From a bacterium (GTDB taxonomy: Bacteria; UBA8248), in NCBI GenBank assembly GCA_965200245.1, contig CBDATS010000004.1:768001-832000 (forward strand): 64,000 nucleotides of DNA. The letters run 5' to 3'. The notes beneath the pieces are model-generated. The model did not search any database and was not told the DNA's origin. It saw only the letters and a list, made by a program, of their open reading frames with translations. Both the position numbers and the translations under genes were made by a program. Below are positions 39,320-49,177 of this stretch, in pieces. The first letter of the stretch is position 1; every line of letters begins with the position of its first letter.

Positions 39320-40918
39320 TTAAAGTCCTTTTTCGATGAGGTACTCCACTGGATTGTAGTCGTCCGTCAAAACCGGACCGTAGAGGCGTGCGCCAGGCGG
39401 TGCCACACGCATGCCTGCGGCGAACGCGTATTGGGGTTCTTTGCCAATCGCCTCGCTCACGCGGCGAAAGCGATTCGCATCCTCGTCCCGGAACGCGAAG
39501 AAGAGAATGTTCTGCGCGATATAGGGATTCGCGGGGTCTGTGCTGTAGATGAATATCTCGGGGAACACCACCTTCATCGTCCGGTAGACGGACGCGTATA
39601 TGGCCCCGCCCTGTCCTGCGCGATAGCCGATAAGGTTCAGCATGAATACGCCACCGGGCGCAAGACGCTCGCGCGCTTCCTCGAAGAACTCCTTCGTCAC
39701 CAGATGCGGCGGGATGTTCCTCAAGCCCCGGTAGGCGTCGCCCACAATGAGATCGTATGTTTCACCTGTTGAACGCAGAATGCGCCTGCCGTCTCCTGCC
39801 AGGTTTTTCAATTTCGGGAATTTCCCCAGCCGAAAAAACTTCTCTCCCGCATCAATGACTTCCGCGTCGAGTTCGGCCACGGAGATCGACATCTCCGGCT
39901 TCATGAGCTGGAGCACCTTCGGCATCGTGAACGCGCCGCCGCCGATGAAGATCGCGCGCTTCATGTGAGGCACGAACAAGGGCCCGAGTTCCAGGAAGCG
40001 GGTGTACTCGTAGAAAAATTTCCTGTCGTCGCCCAGGACCATCGCCCCCTCGGGCTGATGATCCAGAAACAACTCGCGTACCCGTACACCACCCGCTTCT
40101 TCCTTCTCGAACACGCGAATCATGTGGTACATGTTCTCGCGCACCCACACCGTATTCCTGTCCACGCCGGGGATGACGCCGAGCCAGACCGAGCCCGTCC
40201 CCATCATGGCCAAGACGAAGATCGCGACAAACATGCTCGCACGCGCGTTTCGTTTCGAGAACAGACTGGCGAAGTCGCCGCTGAGGAAAAGCCCCAGGAT
40301 CGCCGTGAGCGTCAACGCGGCGGCCGTCGTGAGGAAGATACCATTCAGCCCAAAGAAAGGTATGAAGACGAATCCCGTTGCGAACGTGCCGACAATGCTC
40401 CCGACAGTGGACCAGGTAAAGAGGTTTCCCGTCACTGCTCCCAGGCTTCCCTCACCTCTTGCTGCAAGCTTCACCGCGAAGGGTGTGAGCGTGGCGAGCA
40501 CGCATCCCGGGGCGGCGAAGAGCAAAAGCCCGGCAAACACCGGCCCCGATTGCAGGCTCAGGCTCTTTTCCATCGTGGGCAGCAGAATCCCCCGCAGTGC
40601 AGGCACCAGGGCCACCAGGCCCGCGCCACCCAGCATGAGGAGGAAAAACAGCCTCGTGGATGGATTCCTGTCCGCAAGCCTGCCGCCGATGGAATAGCCG
40701 AGGCTCAGCGCGGCGAGGATGATGCCTATCATTGAAGTCCACGTGTAGAGCGTGTTGCCAAAATGAGGCGCGAGCACGCGCCCGGCCGCGATCTCCATGA
40801 CGAGAATCGAGCCGCCCGAGAGAAAGACCGAGAAATAGAGATAGAAACCCGCCACACTCTTCCGTTTGCTCTCAAACGCCTTGTCCTGCGGCGCTCGACC
40901 AGGCTGTTTCGCCACCAC
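39320..40918 (-). CDS. Membrane-domain/spermidine-synthase-like SAM methyltransferase fusion
   Basis: N-terminal TM block (EIAAGRVLAPHFG, STVGSIVGTF) plus IGGGAF, ELD, DGR, DAY, LTDDYNPVE. Confidence 0.87.
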   Translation of the reverse strand: MVAKQPGRAPQDKAFESKRKSVAGFYLYFSVFLSGGSILVMEIAAGRVLAPHFGNTLYTWTSMIGIILAALSLGYSIGGRLADRNPSTRLFFLLMLGGAGLVALVPALRGILLPTMEKSLSLQSGPVFAGLLLFAAPGCVLATLTPFAVKLAARGEGSLGAVTGNLFTWSTVGSIVGTFATGFVFIPFFGLNGIFLTTAAALTLTAILGLFLSGDFASLFSKRNARASMFVAIFVLAMMGTGSVWLGVIPGVDRNTVWVRENMYHMIRVFEKEEAGGVRVRELFLDHQPEGAMVLGDDRKFFYEYTRFLELGPLFVPHMKRAIFIGGGAFTMPKVLQLMKPEMSISVAELDAEVIDAGEKFFRLGKFPKLKNLAGDGRRILRSTGETYDLIVGDAYRGLRNIPPHLVTKEFFEEARERLAPGGVFMLNLIGYRAGQGGAIYASVYRTMKVVFPEIFIYSTDPANPYIAQNILFFAFRDEDANRFRRVSEAIGKEPQYAFAAGMRVAPPGARLYGPVLTDDYNPVEYLIEKGL

Positions 40919-41090
40919 GCGCTCCTCGAAAAAATAACGCCCGAAAAAGGAAACCGCACTCTATGGCACTAAAAGAACTGAGGCAAGCCGGGGGTCCGCC
41001 TGGATTTTTTCGGGTCGATGCCGCATAAATAGAATTGAACTCGCGCCGAGCGGTGCTCTATTGATTTTCCCTCTACAAGAGAACGACGAT

Positions 41091-41780
41091 TTGGCCTCCG
41101 ACAAAGTATATCCATCATCCAGGGCCGCCATCGCCGATATACCCGATGGCTCCACTATCCTGCTGGGCGGGTTCGGAGGAGCGGGCATCCCGGAAAACCT
41201 CCTGGTCGCCATGGCCGACCACCCCGCGCGCGACCTGACCGTCGTCACGAACCACGCGGGCTTCGGCGAGCGTGGCCTCGCCGTGCTGCTCCGGCAGGGA
41301 AAGATCAGGAAAATCATCTGCAGCTACGCCTTCCACAGAAGCGCGTTCGTGTTCAGGGAACTGTATCTGGAGGGAAAAATTGAACTCGAACAACTCCCCC
41401 AAGGAACCATGGCCGAGAGGATACGCGCAGCGGGCGCGGGGATATCCGCCTTCTACACGCCCACCGGCTTCGGTACGCAGTCGGCCGAGAACAAGGAAAG
41501 CCGCACGATCAACGGACGCAACGTCGTGCTCGAATACCCTCTTCCCGGTGACGTGGCTGTCATCAAGGCACACCGGGCCGACCGCATGGGGAACCTCACC
41601 TACCGGGGCACGGCGGCGAACTTCAACCCCGTCATGGCGACGGCAGCACCGCTCACCATCGCCGAGGTGGAGGAAATCGTAGAACCTGTCAGCATTGCGC
41701 CTGAGAGCGTGCACACGCCTTCAATATACGTGCAAAGAGTCGTGAGAGGAGAAGACCTTGGCCTCAGATCAGAAACCTGA
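41091..41780 (+). CDS. 3-oxoacid CoA-transferase subunit A
   Basis: GGFGGAGIPENL, PQGTMAERIRAAGAG, ADRMGNL, NFNP, VHTPSIYV. Confidence 0.9.
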   Translation: MASDKVYPSSRAAIADIPDGSTILLGGFGGAGIPENLLVAMADHPARDLTVVTNHAGFGERGLAVLLRQGKIRKIICSYAFHRSAFVFRELYLEGKIELEQLPQGTMAERIRAAGAGISAFYTPTGFGTQSAENKESRTINGRNVVLEYPLPGDVAVIKAHRADRMGNLTYRGTAANFNPVMATAAPLTIAEVEEIVEPVSIAPESVHTPSIYVQRVVRGEDLGLRSET

Positions 41781-42453
41781 AAGCCGCGCGCTCGCACCGG
41801 CTGACATCGCCCGGCGTGTGGCGGCGGAATTGCCAGACGGTGCGGTGGTGAACCTGGGCATTGGCATTCCCACGCTGGTGGGCGACTTCGTGGAAGCCGG
41901 ACGCGGCGTGATGTTCATGGCCGAAAACGGCATCATCGGTGCAGGCCCCAGGCCTGAACCCGGCCAGGAGGACAAAGACTACATCAACGCGTCGCGCGAA
42001 CCCATCACCACCCTTCCGGGTGCGTCGGTTTTCGGACACGCAGACGCCTTTGCCATGATACGCGGGGGCCACATCGACATCGCCATCATGGGCGCGCTGC
42101 AGGTCTCGGCCTGTGGCGACCTCGCAAACTGGACGGTACCTGGCTTGGGCAAGGGCGGCATCGGCGGCGCGATGGACTTGGCGGCGGGCGCGAGAGAAGT
42201 TTTCGCTATCATGACCCACACCATGAAGGACGGTGGCCTCAAGCTCCTGGAAGAATGTACCTACCCGCTTACCGCGCAGCGCGTGGTCACCAAGCTGTTC
42301 ACCGACATCGCCTTTATCGAGATCACGCCGGAAGGCCCTCTGCTCAAAGAGGTGGCCGAAGGGCTCACGGCGGAAGACGTGCAGGCGGTGAGCGAACCCG
42401 TGCTCATCACGAACGGGCCGCCCGGCGTGCTCACGCGCGAGGAGACCCTATGA
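41758..42453 (+). CDS. 3-oxoacid CoA-transferase subunit B
   Basis: VNLGIGIPT, AENG (catalytic Glu present), GDLANW, GGAMDL. Confidence 0.9.
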   Translation: MASDQKPESRALAPADIARRVAAELPDGAVVNLGIGIPTLVGDFVEAGRGVMFMAENGIIGAGPRPEPGQEDKDYINASREPITTLPGASVFGHADAFAMIRGGHIDIAIMGALQVSACGDLANWTVPGLGKGGIGGAMDLAAGAREVFAIMTHTMKDGGLKLLEECTYPLTAQRVVTKLFTDIAFIEITPEGPLLKEVAEGLTAEDVQAVSEPVLITNGPPGVLTREETL

Positions 42454-43670
42454 CGCTTGCAGGCAGCGGACTTTCTTCCAACCCCGACTCCGCCGCCGCT
42501 GCGCAAGAGGCGATAGAAGAGGCCATGGCGGAGGCGGGGCTCGACACGGCTTCTCTCGTTTTCCTGTTCGCGACGCCCGGACACCTGGGCAGATGGCCCG
42601 AGGTGGTCGCCGCCGTGGCGGAGGGAACGGGCGGGGCGCGCATGGTCGGCTGCACGGGCTTCGGCGTCATGACGGCGCAGGGTGAAATCGAGCGCAAGCC
42701 CGGAATCTCTGTTCTGGCAGTGGGAGGCAACGCGCCATCCGCTGTGCCTTTTCTCGTCGAGGGCCTGGCCGACTCGCCCACGGAATGCGGACGCGCCATC
42801 GGCCGGGCGGCCAAAAAAGAGTTGGGCGGCGTACTCTCCCCGGAGAATCCCCCTCTGGTCGTCATCATGCCCGACAGCTATCACCTCCAGGCCGACGCGC
42901 TGTTCGAGGGAATCCATGAGGAGTTGGGCGATGAGGTCATCATCGTGGGAGGCGGTGCCGCCGAGGATGGTGGGGCGGGGAAAACCTTTCAGTTCCTGGA
43001 CGGGCAGGTACAGACAGGTGCCGTCTCGGGCGTCGTATTCGCGGGTGCACCCAAGCGGTTCATCGGGATATCACAGGCCTATCTGCCAGTGGGCGAACCC
43101 AGGCTCATTACCCGTGTCGAGGAGAACCTCGTATGGGAAATCTCGGGCAAGCGTGCGTATGACGCCTACGCCGAGGCGGCGGGTCCCGAATGGATGGAGA
43201 ATATCCGCTTCGCCGCCATGAACCTGTTCGTCGGCATTCCGGGAGATCCGGACAAGGTGAGGCTTGATCATGGCGAGTACATCGTACGGCCCATCGTGGG
43301 CGCGGACGAAGAGCAGGGAATCATCATGCTGCCGACGCCGGTCAGAACCGGGCAGGCCATCACCTTCGCCAGGCGCGACGGAAAACGCGCGCGCGAGGAC
43401 CTCCGCACCATGCTGGAAAAAGGCGCGCGCCGCTTCGCCGCCACAGGGGAGGCGGGTGCACGCGCGTTCGGCCTTTACTTCAACTGCGCGGGTCGAGGCA
43501 GTTCCCTCTACGGAGAGATGGATGTGGACGCTGGAGCGATTCGTGAGAAGATGCGCGATCTGCCGGTCGCCGGTTTCTTCACGGGTTCGGAGATTGCGCC
43601 CATCGGAAAAATCGACCATCTCCACCAGTATTCCGGCGTTTTGGTGCTTGTGGGAAAGGACACGGCTTAA
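42450..43670 (+). CDS. FIST_N/FIST_C domain protein
   Basis: VGCTGFG, VGGGA, YFNCAGRG, GFFTGSEIAP; ATGA coupling. Confidence 0.87.
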   Translation: MTLAGSGLSSNPDSAAAAQEAIEEAMAEAGLDTASLVFLFATPGHLGRWPEVVAAVAEGTGGARMVGCTGFGVMTAQGEIERKPGISVLAVGGNAPSAVPFLVEGLADSPTECGRAIGRAAKKELGGVLSPENPPLVVIMPDSYHLQADALFEGIHEELGDEVIIVGGGAAEDGGAGKTFQFLDGQVQTGAVSGVVFAGAPKRFIGISQAYLPVGEPRLITRVEENLVWEISGKRAYDAYAEAAGPEWMENIRFAAMNLFVGIPGDPDKVRLDHGEYIVRPIVGADEEQGIIMLPTPVRTGQAITFARRDGKRAREDLRTMLEKGARRFAATGEAGARAFGLYFNCAGRGSSLYGEMDVDAGAIREKMRDLPVAGFFTGSEIAPIGKIDHLHQYSGVLVLVGKDTA

Positions 43671-43705
43671 AGGGAATTTCTTCATCATTCACGGGAGTGC
43701 GTCTT

Positions 43706-44134
43706 ATGGGATACAGCACGGGCAACATCATCGTCACGTTCCTTCACGTGCTGAGTGCTATTCTGGCAGTTGGCGGCGTGGCCTTTCTTCGTTTCGTGGT
43801 CATCCCCACGGCGGCGGAATTGCCTGAAGCGGAGCGTGGGCCGTTCATGGCGAAAATCCAGAAACGATTCATCCCGATCCTCCATGGATCGTTCCTGATC
43901 CTGATACTGACAGGGCTTCATCACGTCACCCGACTCGTGCGGAGCGGACTCGCCATTCCAGAGTCGCTGGTCGTGAAGATCGTCCTCGCACTCGTCATCA
44001 TCTTCGTCGGCGTCGCGCTCACTATCCCGAAGGGCTTCGAGGGCATGAAGGCGCAGCGCAAAATGTGGCTTCTCCTGAACCTCGTCCTCGCCCTCATCGT
44101 CGTCTACCTGGGGATATCGGTCACCCACGGATAG
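43706..44134 (+). CDS. Small four-TM membrane protein (CopD-like)
   Basis: LHVLSAILAVGG, ILTG, LVVKIVLA pattern. Confidence 0.6.
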   Translation: MGYSTGNIIVTFLHVLSAILAVGGVAFLRFVVIPTAAELPEAERGPFMAKIQKRFIPILHGSFLILILTGLHHVTRLVRSGLAIPESLVVKIVLALVIIFVGVALTIPKGFEGMKAQRKMWLLLNLVLALIVVYLGISVTHG

Positions 44135-44157
44135 TGTAACCAAAAGGGGCGCAGGCG

Positions 44158-45159
44158 ATGCGGGCGGGCTGGTATAAACGAAAGGGCGGAGCGCGCGAGG
44201 TCATCGAAATCGGCGAGATGGCAACGCCAGAACCCGGTCCCGGCGAGGTCAGGGTGCGACTCCATGCCTCGGGCGTGAATCCCACGGACTGCAAGCGCCG
44301 CGGGGGCCAGGGTTCCGAAGACTGGGGCTATTTTAACCATTTCCCGGATTTTCCGAGGATCATCCCCCACAACGACGGTGCGGGCGTCGTGGACAGGCCG
44401 GGACCCGACACGAGCGGCCATGAAGCAGGTGATCGCGTATGGGTCTACAATGCGCGCTACAAACGCGCGTTCGGCACCTCGGCGCAATACGTCTGCCTGC
44501 CCGAGGGGTTTCTCGTGCGCCTGCCGGAGGAAACCAGCTTCGTAGAGGGCGCCTGTCTCGGAATCCCCGCCATGACGGCTCACCGCTGCCTGTTCGCGGA
44601 CGGCCCAATCCAGAACAAGACGGTGCTCGTGACGGGAGGCGCCGGTCGCGTGGGCGCCTACGCCGTACAACTGGCCAAATGGGCGGGAGCGCGCGTGATC
44701 GCCACGGTCAGTTCAGCGGCCAAGGCCGAGCGGGCGTCGGCGGCCGATCACGTGATCAACTACCGCGAGGAGGATGTCGTCGAACGGATACTTGAAATTA
44801 CAGACGGCGCGGGGCTGGACCGCGTGGTGGACGTGAACCTCGGCGTAAACTGGGAGACGAACTACAAAATCCTGAACATCGGCGGCGTCATCACCTCCTA
44901 TTCCTCCATGGGGAATCGCACCCCCCGCTTCCCCCATTACGAACTCATGCTCAACAACATCACCATCCGCCTGGTGATGGTCCACTGCTGCCCGCCCGAG
45001 GCACTGGCGCATGCTGCGGCGGACATCACGCGCGCCCTGGATGAGGGCGCCCTCTCCCATCATATCGCCGCGCGCTTTCCGCTCGATGAACTCGCAAGCG
45101 CGCACGAGTCGGTGGAACGAGGCGAAGCGATGGGTAACGCCATCGTGGAAATCGACTAG
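44158..45159 (+). CDS. NADPH:quinone oxidoreductase (zeta-crystallin/MDR family)
   Basis: ASGVNPTD, PHNDGAG, GIPAMTA, VTGGAGRVG. Confidence 0.92.
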   Translation: MRAGWYKRKGGAREVIEIGEMATPEPGPGEVRVRLHASGVNPTDCKRRGGQGSEDWGYFNHFPDFPRIIPHNDGAGVVDRPGPDTSGHEAGDRVWVYNARYKRAFGTSAQYVCLPEGFLVRLPEETSFVEGACLGIPAMTAHRCLFADGPIQNKTVLVTGGAGRVGAYAVQLAKWAGARVIATVSSAAKAERASAADHVINYREEDVVERILEITDGAGLDRVVDVNLGVNWETNYKILNIGGVITSYSSMGNRTPRFPHYELMLNNITIRLVMVHCCPPEALAHAAADITRALDEGALSHHIAARFPLDELASAHESVERGEAMGNAIVEID

Positions 45160-46379
45160 AAGATATTCAGCTTCTTGAGTCCCGATTCCAGGGCGTCGAG
45201 CGTGCGATCAACCTGCGCTTCAGTATGCGTCGCCATGAGGGTAGCGCGGAGCCTGCTGGTACCTTCGGGCACCGTGGGAGGGCGGATGGCGAGCAGGTAG
45301 ACACCCGCCTCCATCAGATGATCCGCGAGCGCAAGCGTTTTTTCCGTATCCCTGATGATGATGGGAAAAATCGGAATTTCGGCCCCCGGCGACGGGTCGC
45401 TCACGCGAAGCCCGATATAGCGAAGCCCCGCGCGAAAGCGCGCGCACAGATTCGCCAGATTTTCCCGGCGGCGCTCTCCCTCTGCTCCTTCCGCGACCCT
45501 GACGGCGGCGCGGGAGGCAGCGACCACGGCGGGTGGCAGACTCGTTGAGTAGATATAAGGCCGGGCCTTGTTGACGAGGTAATCCACGACGCTGGAATCC
45601 GCGCACGCGAACGCGCCGTAAGAGGCGAGCGCCTTGCCCAACGTGCCCATGGACACCGAAACACCGTCTTCCACACCGAAGTAAGCGCCGCTCCCTCTGC
45701 CACTCTCACCGATGACTCCCGTGCCGTGCGCGTCGTCCACCATAAGTACCGCGCCGTATTTGCGCGCGATTTCGCAGATGCCGGGAAGCGGGGCCAAATC
45801 CCCGTCCATGCTGAAGACGCCGTCCGTCACGATGAGCTTTCGGCGCGCTGTTGCGGCATTCCTGAGAGCGTCTTCCAGACGATTGAGATTCCTGTGCGGA
45901 TAGATATGGACCTGGGCTCTTGAGAGCCTGCAGCCGTCCACGATGCTCGCGTGGTTGAGAGCATCGCTGAAAACGGCGTCTCCCTCGACCGTAAGGGCAG
46001 TGATGAGCCCCAGGTTCGCCAGAAAACCCGAGCCGAAGACGAGGGCGGCCTCTTTTCGCTTGAAGACGGCCAGTGCGCGCGCCAACTCCTCATGGGCGGT
46101 CATGTGGCCCGATATGAGCGGGGAGGCGGCTCCGCTCGCACCCGCGCCTCTTGCGGCCTCAACGGACGCCTCGATGATGGCGGAATAGCCCGCGAGGCCG
46201 AGGTAATTATTGCTCGAAAGATTAATGAGGGTCCTGCCGCCATGGCGCATGGTCGGCCCCTGCATACCCTCGATAGTGCGCAGACCACGGCGCAGGTTGG
46301 CTTGCGTGAGTTCGCGCAGCACATCCTCCAGCTGCGCCTTCCAATCTTCCTGAGAGGTGTTCATGCCTGTCTCGTCCAT
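45156..46379 (-). CDS. bioF: 8-amino-7-oxononanoate synthase
   Basis: SSNNYLGL, NHASIVDG, DGVFSMDGD, DDAH, TLGKA, IRPPTVP. Confidence 0.9.
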   Translation of the reverse strand: MDETGMNTSQEDWKAQLEDVLRELTQANLRRGLRTIEGMQGPTMRHGGRTLINLSSNNYLGLAGYSAIIEASVEAARGAGASGAASPLISGHMTAHEELARALAVFKRKEAALVFGSGFLANLGLITALTVEGDAVFSDALNHASIVDGCRLSRAQVHIYPHRNLNRLEDALRNAATARRKLIVTDGVFSMDGDLAPLPGICEIARKYGAVLMVDDAHGTGVIGESGRGSGAYFGVEDGVSVSMGTLGKALASYGAFACADSSVVDYLVNKARPYIYSTSLPPAVVAASRAAVRVAEGAEGERRRENLANLCARFRAGLRYIGLRVSDPSPGAEIPIFPIIIRDTEKTLALADHLMEAGVYLLAIRPPTVPEGTSRLRATLMATHTEAQVDRTLDALESGLKKLNIF

Positions 46380-46511
46380 GCACTCATTCTAGGGAACGAG
46401 GGCACGCCCGAAAAGTGGGGGACTGTGAAACTCTTGCGCCGACCCCGTAATGGTGTCATTTTCGGGGAAACCAAGGCGGCGCAGATTCCACACGGCGCAA
46501 AGGAGCCTCGC

Positions 46512-46886
46512 TTGAACTGGCTTTTGGTGGCGGGCGGCGGCGCAATAGGCAGCGCGCTACGCTACGGACTCGCACTCTTCGTGCAGAGAACATTGGGTGG
46601 AAACTGGCCCTTCAGCACTCTGGCAGCCAACGTCATCGGCTCGTTCATCATCGGATGCATGTACGAAATGCTCGCCACGAAGGAGTTGCTGAACGAAGAG
46701 GCGCGCCTGTTCATTATGATCGGCCTGTTGGGCGGGTTCACCACGTTTTCCGCTTTCAGTCTAGAAACCCTGCTCATGTTCCAGGAAGGCGACTGGTTCC
46801 TCGCGGTGCTCTACGCCGTGTTCTCCGTCGCAGGGTGTCTCCTCGCCGTCTGGGCGGGGTTTCAGTTCGCCGCCGCGGTAACCTGA
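46512..46886 (+). CDS. crcB: Fluoride efflux channel
   Basis: GGAIGSALRY, NVIGSF, GGFTTFSAF; TTG start after AAGGAG. Confidence 0.93.
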   Translation: MNWLLVAGGGAIGSALRYGLALFVQRTLGGNWPFSTLAANVIGSFIIGCMYEMLATKELLNEEARLFIMIGLLGGFTTFSAFSLETLLMFQEGDWFLAVLYAVFSVAGCLLAVWAGFQFAAAVT

Positions 46887-46933
46887 AGCGCCCGAAACCT
46901 ATCCACCAGTGCTGCACACCGTCGGACAAGCCT

Positions 46934-47719
46934 TCAGATCGAGTACATCTCGCCTCCGTCAACCTGAAGTGCAGCTCCCGTGATGTAGCTTGCACGCTCG
47001 CTGGCGAGAAAAGCCACCGCCGCCGCGAATTCCTCCGCTTCCCCGAGGCGACCAATGGCGATATCCTTCGTCACTTCGGCATACACTTCTTCCTCGGTGC
47101 GGCCGCTCTCCGCCGCCATCCTGGCGATGCGCTCGGGCCAGTGGGTGGAAAAACGCCCGGGGTTCACGATGTTCACCAGAATGCCGTCGCGCACGAACTC
47201 GCCGGCGAGAGATTTCGTGAAGTTCAAGAGTGCCGCCTTGGAGGCGTTCGAGACCACACGACGGGGCCGGGGCTGGCGGCTGCTCGTTGAGCCCGTCATG
47301 ATGATACGTCCCCACTTCTGCTTTTGCATGTAGCGAATCACCAGACGGCTGAACTCGGACGCCGCATAGAGGATACTGCTCATGGAGTTTTCCCAGTCCG
47401 CACGCTCAACATCCAGAAAATCCTTTGTAGTGCTTACGCCTGCGTTACTCACCAGGACGTGCACGGTCCCGAACAGGGCGACAGTCTCCTCTACCACGGC
47501 AGCAATGTCTTCCGTCACGCTCACATCGCAGCGCATGGCGCGCACCACGCCTTCCGAGACCGACTGGATTTCCTGCCTGGCCGCTGCAAGGCGCTCCTCG
47601 TTTCTTGCGCAGATGCAGACGTCGCAGCCTTCCTTCGCGAGTTCTTTCGCGATGGCGAGGCCCAATCCCGCACTTCCGCCGGTTACGATGGCGGCTTTCC
47701 CGTGAAGTCCCAGATCCAT
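46934..47719 (-). CDS. SDR family oxidoreductase
   Basis: TGGSAGLG, NAG, SNASK (Tyr of YxxxK replaced by Ser), VDGG. Confidence 0.9.
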   Translation of the reverse strand: MDLGLHGKAAIVTGGSAGLGLAIAKELAKEGCDVCICARNEERLAAARQEIQSVSEGVVRAMRCDVSVTEDIAAVVEETVALFGTVHVLVSNAGVSTTKDFLDVERADWENSMSSILYAASEFSRLVIRYMQKQKWGRIIMTGSTSSRQPRPRRVVSNASKAALLNFTKSLAGEFVRDGILVNIVNPGRFSTHWPERIARMAAESGRTEEEVYAEVTKDIAIGRLGEAEEFAAAVAFLASERASYITGAALQVDGGEMYSI

Positions 47720-47764
47720 ATCGTTCATCCCTGTTCGTGATGTGCGTGAGAAGTCCAGGAATGA

Positions 47765-47793
47765 TTGAGAACACGCATAAGCCACCTTATAAT
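47765..47793 (+). promoter_or_regulatory. Sigma70-type promoter for the CxxU gene
   Basis: TTGAGA-N17-TATAAT, ending 38 bp before the ATG at 47832. Confidence 0.7.
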
Positions 47794-47831
47794 TCAACGA
47801 TTCCGACATTCGCCACCCGAGGAGAGAAAAT

Positions 47832-48104
47832 ATGACGGAGCGCGCCGATTTTCGTCAGTTCTACCGCGACGCCCACAACATGGATTTGCTCACCGACCGC
47901 GAGAAAATCCTGATGGGCCTCGCCGTCTCCATTGTGCGTAACTGCCAGCCGTGAGTGGACCGCCGCCTGGCGGACGCCGGGAAAGCGGGCCTCAGCGAAG
48001 AGACACTCGACGCCGCATTCGATTTGACTGCCGCTGTCATGGCAGGGGTCGCCCAGAGCATGAACCAGCGCTACAAGGCTTCGCGGGACAAGGGCACTTC
48101 GTAG
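47832..48104 (+). CDS. AhpD/carboxymuconolactone-decarboxylase-like selenoprotein, 90 aa, Sec at TGA 47952-47954
   Basis: Not in the ORF track. Manual translation: MTERADFRQFYRDAHNMDLLTDREKILMGLAVSIVRNCQP-U-VDRRLADAGKAGLSEETLDAAFDLTAAVMAGVAQSMNQRYKASRDKGTS; GAGGAG RBS; fills the intergenic gap. Confidence 0.85.
47955..47975 (+). promoter_or_regulatory. Putative SECIS hairpin
   Basis: CCGCC-[GCCT]-GGCGG stem-loop just downstream of the UGA. Confidence 0.5.
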
Positions 48105-48114
48105 AGACCTATTC

Positions 48115-48666
48115 ATGAAGGACTGGTTCAAGAAGTTCACCGATTTCGACGATCCGAACAAGCTCATGCCCTGGAAGGACAAAAGTCCCGCACCTCAGGG
48201 GGAGACACCCGAGGACCGCCCCGAAATCCCCATCAAGCCGGTCTGGTATTTCGCGATGTACTTCATCATGGGCGTGGGGTTCGACACCCTGTTCCCGACC
48301 TACGTCTTCCCGGAGAACGTGCGCTTCACGCTTGGGGTCGGGCTGGTGCTCGCAGGGGCTGTTCTCAATTCGACCTCCATCGCCTGTTACAGGAAGGCCC
48401 GCACGAACCACGAGGCGGACAAACCCGCGCACGTCCTCATCACGGAGGGACCCTACCGCTACTCGCGGAACCCGATCTACCTGGGCTTCACATGTCTCTT
48501 CCTGGGACTCGGGGTTTTCCTCAACAATTTGTGGATATTCGTTCTGGGCGCGCCACTGCTCGCTACGGTGCAGGTGATCATCGTCGCGCCTGAGGAGGAT
48601 TATCTGGCGGAGAAATTCGGCGAGGAATACGGCGAATACTGCCAGAGTGTGCGCCGCTGGCTCTAG
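48115..48666 (+). CDS. Isoprenylcysteine carboxyl methyltransferase/PEMT-family membrane protein
   Basis: LITEGPYRYSRNPIYLG, EEDYLAEKFGEEY..Y...VRRW. Confidence 0.9.
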   Translation: MKDWFKKFTDFDDPNKLMPWKDKSPAPQGETPEDRPEIPIKPVWYFAMYFIMGVGFDTLFPTYVFPENVRFTLGVGLVLAGAVLNSTSIACYRKARTNHEADKPAHVLITEGPYRYSRNPIYLGFTCLFLGLGVFLNNLWIFVLGAPLLATVQVIIVAPEEDYLAEKFGEEYGEYCQSVRRWL

Positions 48667-48928
48667 CGCAGTTCACTCACTCGAAACGAAAAGAGGTCGG
48701 AGATCGCGTCGCATCTGTCCCTGAAACGCGATCCGAGGGAATCGGTCTCAGGGAAAATAGATGGAATAGGCAAAGAGAACCACTATTATTCCTCGGAGGC
48801 GCATTATGTATGATAATCAACACAACGGAGAGTTATTCGCATCATCGAGTTGTCAGTGGAGATTGAAATGAGAACACCGTCATAATTGACCCTGTCAATA
48901 GGGTATGCCATGACTATCGCTTAACCGT

Positions 48929-49177
48929 ATGATATTGAAGATATTAGCTTATGACAAACTCGCGATTCAAAGGACAATTCATATTTTTCAAGGAGAAAAA
49001 GTATTGGACGCCCAAAACCAAGAACAGAAAACAAAAGTTGGGTTTGTCGTTGAGGAAAAAAATGACGAGTCCCTTGATTTGGTAATTAGTAAAATGAGAA
49101 ATTTGGAGTTGTTTGACGGCATTGATGACCCTTATGCCGAACTCATGAGAGAAAGAGGCATAGAAGTCAGAAAATAA
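48929..49177 (+). other. Low-GC hypothetical ORF or gene remnant
   Basis: AT-rich 82-aa ORF whose stop overlaps the next ATG (TAATG). Confidence 0.4.

Noticed and set aside
46440-46505. Fluoride riboswitch upstream of crcB
   Set aside because: GTAATGGTGTC resembles the 5' consensus only weakly and the conserved 3' pseudoknot segment was not found; an Rfam scan would settle it.
48697-48760. Glycine-riboswitch-like words (GGAGA..CCGAG..TCTCAGG), also near 61883-61901
   Set aside because: Poor closing stem, no tandem aptamer and no glycine-related gene downstream.
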